Below, piece by piece: positions 8,863 to 16,631 of a DNA stretch of 64,000 bases. The notes beneath the pieces were generated by a model. It had not been told where the DNA came from. It saw only the letters and a list, made by a program, of their open reading frames with translations, and searched no databases. This stretch comes from Acidobacteriota bacterium (GTDB lineage: Bacteria; Acidobacteriota; UBA6911; RPQK01; JADFOI01), in assembly GCA_963663035.1 (NCBI GenBank), contig OY760074.1, forward strand, positions 1,248,001-1,312,000. The letters are read 5' to 3'. Position 1 is the first letter of the stretch. Each line of letters starts with the position of its first letter. The position numbers were made by a program, and so were the translations under genes.

Positions 8863-8971
8863 GAACAAGTAGGCCTGCCACATCAGCAACGATCAGTCAT
8901 ACAGATTTAGACAGGCTGAGATGCATCTAACATCCTTTGCAGGACATAACCTGCGAGAGTTGCCCAGATGG

Positions 8972-9595
8972 TTAACACCTATCACCGAGGCTCATCATTA
9001 GAAAGCCACAGAATGCAGGATTGTTCGGCGCAAGATTTGCGTTTGATTTGGCTCTGATTTCCAAAAGATTCTTACGGAATTTGCGATAGAAATCCCATGT
9101 GGGGGTGGGCCTATATTCAAGATCTAGTTCAAGTTTCTCTATGATCAATTTTGCGGTCGTCGGCTTCACAAAAACCTCTTTTCGCGGACGGTAGTATGCC
9201 TGAATTACCGTAGCAAGTGACCACTTGGCTAGTTTGTTCTTCATAAGCTGATCGACAAAAAGCTCAAACCCAATCCTCTCTTTGCCGTGAAGGAGTTCGA
9301 AGAGCGCCTCCGACACGGCTTCCTTCTCCTTTGTCTTCATTGCTTTTGTATAGTCACGGAATTTCGGCTTTTCAAACATCGAAATCATCGTCGATCGACC
9401 GACGAGTTTCGCTGTTTCAGTGACCACGTAATGAGGGTCGTTGAAATTGTCTTTTGCGAAGGCTTCCTTTGCCAAAGCCTCAAATTGTTCCATCTTGTGC
9501 TTTTTCCCAAGTTCAACCAGATCAGGGTGCTTGAACCCCCCGGGGTACTGCCTAAGAAATTTCCTTTCGGCCTCTTGGAGTACCTTGGCATTCAT
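8972..9595 (-). CDS. Hypothetical protein
   Basis: 207-aa ORF with AGGAG RBS. Confidence 0.75.
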   Translation of the reverse strand: MNAKVLQEAERKFLRQYPGGFKHPDLVELGKKHKMEQFEALAKEAFAKDNFNDPHYVVTETAKLVGRSTMISMFEKPKFRDYTKAMKTKEKEAVSEALFELLHGKERIGFELFVDQLMKNKLAKWSLATVIQAYYRPRKEVFVKPTTAKLIIEKLELDLEYRPTPTWDFYRKFRKNLLEIRAKSNANLAPNNPAFCGFLMMSLGDRC

Positions 9596-9797
9596 ATTGT
9601 TTCTCCTAGTGCGATCTTATGTATGCTTTGCGTCCATCAATCATCTTCAGAACGTCCCGACTCATCATGCTCTTCATCATGAATGAGTCCATTAGGGAGA
9701 CTACCCAGTTCTTTGGCGCATAGTGGGTCTGCAACCCAACCCTCGTTGTGTTGTCGTCGAGCTCTCCGGACACCCCACAGCATCTGGCCACTGATAC

Positions 9798-10385
9798 TCA
9801 GATTGCGCTATTGGGCCTGTAGATGCTCATCATCGCGCCAGTCGAGCAAGTATCCGTTTTTATGAGCGTCAAACCTGTCGGTACGGTGCCCTGAGCGAAT
9901 AGGCGTTTCCCAGAGCCAACAAGGACGGGAAAGATCCATAGTCGGAACTCATCGATAAGCCCATGGGAAAGGAGGGTCTGGATCAGTTGCCAGCTTCCAT
10001 GAACTTGTAGCAAGGGACCGTCTTGGTCCTTGAGTCGAGAGACCTCCGCCGCAATGTCCCCTGTGATGGGCACGGAGTTTTTCCACTCGAGTTTGCTCAA
10101 GGTGGATGTCGCAACGAACTTGGTTGCGTTGTTAAGTTTGTTGGCAGGCGGGTCGTTGCCGGCGTCTGGCCAATGAGCTGCGAAGCCCTCGTAGGTCTTT
10201 CGGCCGAGTAGAAGGTCGTAGGGAGCGGCCATCGCCTCTTCCATCACCTGCTCCATCACGTCGTCCCAACAGTCGCGGGCCCAGCCGCCGTGCATAAATC
10301 CGCCCGAAGGATCTTCCTCGGGACCGCCGGGCGCCTGCATGACGCCGTCAAGAGTCAAAAATGTTAAAATCGCAAGATTCCTCAT
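9798..10385 (-). CDS. Dihydrofolate reductase-like (RibD C-terminal domain) protein
   Basis: TLDGVMQAPGGPEED, LLGRKTYE, GLIDEFRLWIFPVLVGSGKRLF. Confidence 0.88.
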   Translation of the reverse strand: MRNLAILTFLTLDGVMQAPGGPEEDPSGGFMHGGWARDCWDDVMEQVMEEAMAAPYDLLLGRKTYEGFAAHWPDAGNDPPANKLNNATKFVATSTLSKLEWKNSVPITGDIAAEVSRLKDQDGPLLQVHGSWQLIQTLLSHGLIDEFRLWIFPVLVGSGKRLFAQGTVPTGLTLIKTDTCSTGAMMSIYRPNSAI

Positions 10386-10430
10386 GACGATCTCCTTGTT
10401 CTGCTTGCCGCTAGTTCATATGTCCTAGCT

Positions 10431-10856
10431 TCAGCGTGTGGTAGTTGAGTTGAATTTCGCTCGTACGTCTGCGATGTAGCTCGACTTATCTCCTCTAAAC
10501 CGATCCAGGTGTTCCCTCGTAACAGCAGTGTATAGATCGTACTTTGACGCCCAAATAAACATCTCGATGAACATAGGAAGTAGATCGAGAGCCTTCTCAG
10601 TGGGGGAGTAAATATTCTTCCTGAGATTGTTCGGATCTCGGGTCTTTTTTAGTATCTTGAGCTTCTCTAGCTTAGCGAGTCGATCCGCGAGGATATTGGT
10701 GGAGATGCCTTCCTCGGACTCCAGGAACTCGTGATAATACTGTTTTCCCAAGATGATGACGTCTCTCAAAATGAGGAGGCTCCACTTGTCACCGAGCAGC
10801 TCAAGAAAGTATGCGCATGGGCACCCGGTTCGGGTCTTGTACTTCATATCAACCAT
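10431..10856 (-). CDS. HxlR-family winged-helix regulator
   Basis: GCP...LELLGDKWSLLILRD, EGISTNILADRL. Confidence 0.88.
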   Translation of the reverse strand: MVDMKYKTRTGCPCAYFLELLGDKWSLLILRDVIILGKQYYHEFLESEEGISTNILADRLAKLEKLKILKKTRDPNNLRKNIYSPTEKALDLLPMFIEMFIWASKYDLYTAVTREHLDRFRGDKSSYIADVRAKFNSTTTR

Positions 10857-11091
10857 AGCAAAACACCTGTTAACTTGTAAAATGATAGCATTAATAGGTA
10901 CATAAAAGCAAGCTCTATTTAAAAGGGTAAATAACATATAAACATATTATAAACAAATGGTTAATAGAAGTTCAATTGAGTAGTGTTCAGACATATAGAA
11001 AAAAATATCCATCAATAACTTGCATAATACAAGTATCATTGGTATACATAGTCTCCGACCATGAAACCTATTAACAAAGGAGGAAAAGAAA

Positions 11092-11457
11092 ATGGAAAAC
11101 ACAGTCGTATGGTTTGACATCCCGGTCACCAATATTGAGCGGGCAAAAGAATTCTATCAAGCAGTGATCGGTGCAGAACTCACAGACATGGAGAATGGGC
11201 CCGCCCGGTTTGCCATGTTCCCATTCGCGCCAGGTATCGCGTCAGGTGCACTCGTTCAGAGTCCTGACAGTAAACCAAGCGCTTCGGGCACCACGGTCTA
11301 TCTAAATGGAGGGAAAGATCTTTCAGACCCGTTATCACGCGTAGAAAGTGCTGGTGGCAAGATCGTAATGCCAAAGACCAGTATAGGAGAAAATGGGTTT
11401 ATGGCCCGTTTCCAGGACACTGAAGGCAACGTCGTAGCTCTACATAGTATGCAGTAG
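11092..11457 (+). CDS. VOC/glyoxalase family protein
   Basis: VVWFDIPV..IERAKEFY, F.DTEGNVVALH; AAGGAGG RBS. Confidence 0.9.
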   Translation: MENTVVWFDIPVTNIERAKEFYQAVIGAELTDMENGPARFAMFPFAPGIASGALVQSPDSKPSASGTTVYLNGGKDLSDPLSRVESAGGKIVMPKTSIGENGFMARFQDTEGNVVALHSMQ

Positions 11458-11592
11458 GAAGGAGAGCCTGGCTGTTTGGCTCGCGATTTTGGGATTTGAT
11501 TGAGGCCCGGCCTGCCGGTAAACTAGCCGTCGGGCCGGGCCTATCGAAACGATCCCTGAAAACAGGTAATCAACACCACGGAGACTCTAAAT

Positions 11593-12300
11593 ATGCAAAA
11601 TCATAAGATAGTATCGAAAGAAGAGTGGCTTGTTGCACGAAAAGAGCTTTTGGCTAGAGAGAAAGAATCTACCCGACTACGTGACCAATTGAGTGCTGAG
11701 CGGCGGAAACTCCCCTGGGTCAAGGTCGAGAGCGAGTATCTTTTCGACACTCCGAAGGGTCAAGAAAGCCTGTCGGATTTATTCGAGGGACGTAGCCAGT
11801 TGATTATCTATCACTTCATGTACGGGCCTGACTGGGCGGAAGGTTGTCCCAGCTGTTCCTTTTGGGCGGACAATTTCAACGGAATTAATATTCACCTCAA
11901 CCATCGAGACATCAATCTGGTTGTTGTCTCTAGGGCACGACTGGAGACGCTAGAAGCCTACAAAAGGCGCATGAATTGGAGTTTTAAGTGGGTATCATCG
12001 TTTGGAAGCGATTTCAATCGTGACTACAGCGTTTCATTCACTCCCGAGGAAGCGGAAAAAGGGGAGGTATTCTACAACTTTCGCGTCGGCAAGTTTCCCA
12101 GCGAGGAGGCAGCCGGAATCAGTGTGTTTTACAAGAACGAGCAGGGAGACGTCTTTCATACATATTCGTGTTACGCACGCGGTTTGGATATGGTAAACGG
12201 CGCATACCACTACATGGATCTCGCACCCAAAGGGCGTGATGAAGGCAGTTTACCTTACACGATGGCTTGGCTCAGTCGTCATGATCAGTACAAGGATTGA
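11593..12300 (+). CDS. DUF899 thioredoxin-like protein
   Basis: RRKLPWV, QLIIYHFM, GCPSCSF, HTYS.YARG. Confidence 0.88.
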   Translation: MQNHKIVSKEEWLVARKELLAREKESTRLRDQLSAERRKLPWVKVESEYLFDTPKGQESLSDLFEGRSQLIIYHFMYGPDWAEGCPSCSFWADNFNGINIHLNHRDINLVVVSRARLETLEAYKRRMNWSFKWVSSFGSDFNRDYSVSFTPEEAEKGEVFYNFRVGKFPSEEAAGISVFYKNEQGDVFHTYSCYARGLDMVNGAYHYMDLAPKGRDEGSLPYTMAWLSRHDQYKD

Positions 12301-12524
12301 AGTCCTGTCCCCGTATTCGTCAGTATCGCATCAACGGAGTTGCTCACCCGCTGGAGAATTGAAGCAAAAAAATGACTGCACCAACTAACACTGTTTTTCG
12401 CATACGTCATCTCCGCCAAACCTTTCGGAATTTTTGGGTTTGGTGCTCAAATGGACACGTCCTTCCAAGACTCCATCAAACGGTAAAGCGTTCAGTCCGA
12501 GGCGATATCGAAGTCGTAGATGAC

Positions 12525-12590
12525 GGTATGGATGCCACCTTGACCGATCTCCTCTAGAACTTTGTAGTGGCTGATGGTCGTGCCGACCAT
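12525..12590 (-). pseudogene. N-terminal stub of a Ser/Thr kinase gene
   Basis: Reads MVGTTISHYKVLEEIGQGG, matching kinase starts at 26091, 28808, 32605. Confidence 0.7.
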
Positions 12591-12651
12591 GACGTCTTCC
12601 TCAATGTGGGTGTGATTCTTGTTCAATCCTAAAACCATTGGGAGTGAAAAG

Positions 12652-12857
12652 GCAATCAAAATTGCCCCTTATCTTGGCTGGAGCGGGGTGGAATGGGGTG
12701 GAGTGGGTTTGGCGCGGGCACACTTCGGGCACAATTTGGGTACTTTGGGGTTGAGTCAGGGAGACTCAACTTGGCTGAAACCCGCGTCAGAAGCGTGCCC
12801 GGGGAGGGACTCGAACCCTCACGAGGGAAACCCTCACAGGATTTTAAGTCCTGTGCG
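12652..12857. repeat. ~200-bp direct repeat copy 2
   Basis: Aligns with 702-907. Confidence 0.85.
12796..12857 (-). pseudogene. tRNA-Leu(TAA) 3' fragment (att-core-like)
   Basis: Identical to 846-907 over 62 nt; 5' part absent. Confidence 0.9.
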
Positions 12858-13121
12858 CTTTTTTGACCGGGCGACTGGGCATGCAGCTGGTTCAGGCTAC
12901 CTGAGCGTCGTCATATAGGAACCTCAATAACGGATGGGTCCATTCTTCGGATAAGTATATACGGGCAGTCCCTTCAGGCTCCTTGCACCTCGTTTGGTTA
13001 GGATACCCACATGTGTTGTGTCTCTTTCGCTCTAACAACTGCACTGTTGTATGCCCTTGGGCGAAACCAGTTTCTAACCGCCTTCACGCCGACTTGAACG
13101 CACCGACCAACCAGAGCGGGC

Positions 13122-13153
13122 ACATGTACGGTAAGCGGACTATACGTCCAAGT
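13122..13153. other. Putative tyrosine-recombinase site S6
   Basis: ACATGTACGGTAA-GCGGAC-TATACGTCCAAGT; inverted relative to 13921-13952. Confidence 0.78.
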
Positions 13154-13154
13154 G

Positions 13155-13261
13155 GACTAGGAACACGAGGATGTTAAGAATAACAAATGGGGCACACCGA
13201 CATCTTGAATCGGGGACCGATGGGGAGTTCGGACCCCATGGACAAAATGCCAGACGGGTAA
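13155..13261 (+). pseudogene. intI: IntI C-terminal remnant (frameshifted)
   Basis: LG/HEDVK ... HTDILNRGPMGSSDPMDKMPDG*; DNA aligns with 3781-3869. Confidence 0.72.
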
Positions 13262-13416
13262 TATGCGGGTCAGTATAAAGACTTCTGCTTCGAGTGCCAT
13301 GTCCAGCGGAACTCGTTGCCAGTAAGATTACTTACGTAGCGTCTTCAGCCGATTTCTGCTTGCGTTTTATACGGACAATTATGAGGATATACGGATCAGC
13401 ATATTCACTGTTAGCC
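13260..13416 (+). other. attI platform copy 3; crossover G^TTAGCC at 13410
   Basis: CAGCATATTCACT-GTTAGCC; GTTAGCC is the exact reverse complement of attC R'' GGCTAAC. Confidence 0.82.
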
Positions 13417-13451
13417 ACACACCACAACCAGGAAGCGAAGGAGCGAAGAAG

Positions 13452-13814
13452 GTGATCAAGTTTGTCATGTGTTTGACACGCCACCCGCGTATGACTCGCG
13501 AAGAATTCAGGGACTACTGGAAGAACAAGCATGGTCCGTTCTTTATGAAGAATGCAGATAAGATGGGTGCCCAGAGGTACGTGCAATCTCACACCCTGAA
13601 CACGCCGCTAAATGAAGGCCTCAGGGCCTCCAGAGGGATGCTTCCTGAATATGACGGCGTTGCGGAAGTCTGGTTCGAGTCAGAAGAAGCGCTTGTTGCG
13701 GGAATGAGCTCTCCTGAGGGGCAGCAACTTGGCGCAGCCCTGCTGGAAGATGAGGGGAACTTCATCGACCATTCCAAATCATCGGCGTTTATCGTTGAGG
13801 AGCACGAATTCTAG
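13452..13814 (+). CDS. EthD-domain (dimeric alpha-beta barrel) protein, cassette gene
   Basis: MTREEFRDYW...HGP, YVQSH, YDGVAEVWFES, DE.NFID. Confidence 0.88.
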   Translation: MIKFVMCLTRHPRMTREEFRDYWKNKHGPFFMKNADKMGAQRYVQSHTLNTPLNEGLRASRGMLPEYDGVAEVWFESEEALVAGMSSPEGQQLGAALLEDEGNFIDHSKSSAFIVEEHEF

Positions 13815-13816
13815 GT

Positions 13817-13879
13817 GGCTAACAGGGCGATGCAGGCGGACCGGCCTCCGGCCGGCCGCTGATCGCCAAGGCGTTAGCT
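13817..13879 (+). other. Integron attC site
   Basis: GGCTAAC-AGGGCGATGCAG...CTGATCGCCAAGGC-GTTAGCT, 63 bp. Confidence 0.9.
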
Positions 13880-13920
13880 CAGTCATGGAGAAGACGATCT
13901 TCTCAGCCACCCTTTCGCCC

Positions 13921-13952
13921 ACTTGGACGTATAACGCCCTTACCGTGCAAGT
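13921..13952. other. Putative tyrosine-recombinase site S7 (most symmetric; island right border)
   Basis: ACTTGGACGTATA-ACGCCC-TTACCGTGCAAGT. Confidence 0.8.
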
Positions 13953-14102
13953 GAAGATTACTCAGAACCTCAGAAGTAGCTTCTGGGAAGTTGAGACCCG
14001 CACCGGACGAAGTGCCATCTCCAATTTAAACCCAGTTCTTCTCTCGAAATTGGGTCCCACAGTACCGAAGGGGAGGGAACTAAGGTTCCAGTTGATGCCA
14101 GG

Positions 14103-15725
14103 CTAGGGAATCTGGGCGCCGGCGGTCTGGGGTTCTTTGTCCGTGGTTTGGTCTTGGCGGTCTGAGGGGAACAGCAACTTGTACAGGACACTGTCGATGA
14201 TCGCTTTCCAGCTGGCTTCCATGACATTGGAGGAGACGCCAAGAGTACTCCAGGTTCGCTGACCATCGGTGGACTCGATGAGGACACGCACTTTGGCAGC
14301 AGTTCCGCTCTGAGCGTCAAGGACTCGTACTTTGTAGTCGATGAGCCGGACCTCATTAATCTCGGGAAAGAAGCGCCCCAGTGCTTTTTTGATGGCCTGG
14401 TCCTGGGCGTGAACAGGTCCATCTCCGTGGGAGACGACATGTTCCTCGACCCCGTCCACACTGATCTTGGCGGTGGCCTCACTCACAAATTGGCCGGAGG
14501 GATTCTGGTCCACCAGTATCCGGAATCCCTTAAAATCAAAGGGTTGTTCCCGGTCTTTCCCGAATCTGTGAAAAAGGAGCTTTAAGCTGCCGTCGGCCCC
14601 TTCAAACTGATATCCCTCGTATTCAAGTTGCTTGATCTCTTCCAACAGTGAGCTTAAGTCAATATCTTCCGGATCGAGATCCCCGAATTCCCGGATCTTG
14701 TAAAGCAAATTGCTCTTCCCGGACAGATCAGAGACCAGGACCCGGCGGGTGTTTCCCACCACGTCCGGGTTGGCGTGCTCGTAGGTTCGTGGATCTTTGT
14801 TGATGCCGCTCACATGGAGTCCTCCTTTGTGGGCAAAAGCACTCTGGCCCACAAAAGCGAGGTTGTTGGGTAGAACCATATTGGCCGTTTCACTGACAAA
14901 ATAGGCAAGGGAAGTCAGGCCCTTGAGTTTTTCCGGGCCGACTGTCTCTTTGTCCAGTTTCAACTCCAGGGTCGGAATCACGGAGCAGAGATTGGCATTG
15001 CCGCAGCGTTCTCCATACCCGTTAATTGTTCCCTGAACCATACGGGCGCCGGCTTGGACGGCAGCAATGGTGTTGGCAACTCCCATCTCACAATCGTTGT
15101 GGGTATGAATGCCGAGGAAGGGAAATTCGGGGCTTAACTGGTGTGCCAGGGATTGAATTGTGGAGGGGAGGTTTCCTCCATTGGTGTCACAGAGCACGAC
15201 CCAGTCGGCTCCCGCCTCGCGGGCCGTCCGAAGCACGGCCTTAGCATACCTGGGATTGGCCGCGTAGCCGTCAAAGAAGTGCTCGGCGTCAAAGATGACT
15301 TCCTTGTCCTTCTCCTTCAGGTAAGCGATGCTGTCTTGAATCATGCTGAGGTTTTCCTCCAGAGTCGTCCCCAGAGCCCGCTCTACGTGAAAATCCCAGC
15401 TTTTGCCCACCAGAGTAATCGCCGGGGTATCCGCCTCTAGCAGGGCGGCAATGTTGGGATCCCGATCCACCGAATTTTTGTAGTGGCGGGTGCTGCCGAA
15501 GGCCACAATTTTGCTCGACTCCCAGGAAAGGTCTCGGGCCCGCCGGAAAAATTCCACATCTGTCTGGTTGGAGCCTGGCCAGCCGCCTTCGATGTAATCA
15601 ACACCGAAAGCATCCAGCTTTTGGGCAATGTGGAGCTTGTCCTCGACGCTGAGTGAGATGCGTTCTCCTTGAGTCCCGTCTCGCAGGGTACAGTCATAAA
15701 TGAAAACCTTTTTGCTATCGCTCAT
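14103..15725 (-). CDS. cimA: Citramalate synthase
   Basis: DCTLRDGTQGE, IEGGWPGSN, FDAEHFFDGY, GYGERCGNANL, LeuA-type regulatory domain. Confidence 0.9.
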   Translation of the reverse strand: MSDSKKVFIYDCTLRDGTQGERISLSVEDKLHIAQKLDAFGVDYIEGGWPGSNQTDVEFFRRARDLSWESSKIVAFGSTRHYKNSVDRDPNIAALLEADTPAITLVGKSWDFHVERALGTTLEENLSMIQDSIAYLKEKDKEVIFDAEHFFDGYAANPRYAKAVLRTAREAGADWVVLCDTNGGNLPSTIQSLAHQLSPEFPFLGIHTHNDCEMGVANTIAAVQAGARMVQGTINGYGERCGNANLCSVIPTLELKLDKETVGPEKLKGLTSLAYFVSETANMVLPNNLAFVGQSAFAHKGGLHVSGINKDPRTYEHANPDVVGNTRRVLVSDLSGKSNLLYKIREFGDLDPEDIDLSSLLEEIKQLEYEGYQFEGADGSLKLLFHRFGKDREQPFDFKGFRILVDQNPSGQFVSEATAKISVDGVEEHVVSHGDGPVHAQDQAIKKALGRFFPEINEVRLIDYKVRVLDAQSGTAAKVRVLIESTDGQRTWSTLGVSSNVMEASWKAIIDSVLYKLLFPSDRQDQTTDKEPQTAGAQIP

Positions 15726-15740
15726 AAGTCACCTATTTGC

Positions 15741-16322
15741 CTATCCCTGTTTGGCCTTGACCTTCGATTTTACTGGGGTTTTCTTACCGCTGGACTTGTC
15801 CACCAGTGATGGGTCCTGCCGGGCTGAGGAGCTTCTCCGATTTTTCGTCTTTCCTCGCGCAAGCGTCAGCTCGCCCGTGCGGTGAAGGTCCCCGATTCCA
15901 TAGACCTGCATGTTTTCTAAAAAGGCGTCAATTTTTTCTGCCTGTCCAGTGATCTCAAAGATGTAACTCTTGGGTCTTACGTCGATCACGCGGGCCCGGA
16001 ACACCTCAGCGAGAGCCAGGACTTCGGTCCTGTTCTCCTCGTTGACGTGCACTCGCACCAGTGCCATCTCCCGCAACACATGCACGACCGGGTTGTAGAG
16101 AGAGACCTTGATAACATGAATCAACTTGCTCACCTGTTTCACGACCTGTTCGGTCCCGGCTTCATCGGTGTCTGTGGTCAGTGTGATCCGGGAAGTCGTG
16201 GGCTCCAGGGTTGGAGCCACGTTCAAGCTTTCAATGTTGTAACCGCGCTGGCTGAAGAGTCCCACCACACGCGACAGCACGCCAGCTTGGTTTTCAACTA
16301 ACAGTGAAATGACCTGTCGCAT
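15741..16322 (-). CDS. ilvN: Acetolactate synthase small regulatory subunit
   Basis: ISLLVENQAGVLSRVVGLFSQRGYNIESLNV ACT domain. Confidence 0.92.
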   Translation of the reverse strand: MRQVISLLVENQAGVLSRVVGLFSQRGYNIESLNVAPTLEPTTSRITLTTDTDEAGTEQVVKQVSKLIHVIKVSLYNPVVHVLREMALVRVHVNEENRTEVLALAEVFRARVIDVRPKSYIFEITGQAEKIDAFLENMQVYGIGDLHRTGELTLARGKTKNRRSSSARQDPSLVDKSSGKKTPVKSKVKAKQG

Positions 16323-16334
16323 CTTGTCTCCCGT

Positions 16335-16440
16335 GACTTCCACCGCCTCTGTACAGAACACTCTTTCCAGGGATTCAAGGAATTCCAGGTTCTGTACGGA
16401 GGAGGTGGGAGTTGAACCCGTAAGGGGTCAATTCCTCCGT
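16335..16440 (-). promoter_or_regulatory. Mutually exclusive RNA hairpins (attenuator-like)
   Basis: Stem 1 ACGGAGGA...TCCTCCGT (16440-16396) overlaps stem 2 ACTCCCACCTCCTCCGTACAGAAC/GTTCTGTACAGAGGCGGTGGAAGT, which ends just before the ilvN RBS. Confidence 0.65.
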
Positions 16441-16550
16441 ATAGAACCGGAGAGAATAATGTTGCCAATAATTACGAGGCTGATAGGGATGGGAAGAAAG
16501 CTCTCGTCGCTGAGTTGGACCCAATGTGTTCCCTTGAGTATTGTGCTCAT
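16428..16550 (-). CDS. Ile/Leu/Val-rich leader peptide (40 aa) of ilvN-cimA
   Basis: MSTILKGTHWVQLSDESFLPIPISLVIIGNIILSGSIRRN*; GAGGG RBS; below the ORF-track length cutoff. Confidence 0.75.
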   Translation of the reverse strand: MSTILKGTHWVQLSDESFLPIPISLVIIGNIILSGSIRRN

Positions 16551-16631
16551 TTTACCCTCGCAATCAGTTCTGAGAATATGAGATGGGAACTGTACAAGTC
16601 AAGCCAAAAGTGCTCCTTTGGCGGGTCTCCC

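Noticed and set aside
8924-8977. Possible minus-strand attC after the 8972-9595 gene (TGTTAAC...GTTAGAT)
   Set aside because: Only about 53 bp, with poor L-box complementarity; cannot be supported without a covariance-model scan.
16396-16422. tRNA/tmRNA 3'-end-like sequence GGGTTCAACTCCCACCTCCTCC
   Set aside because: No anticodon or D arm; better explained as part of the leader hairpins.
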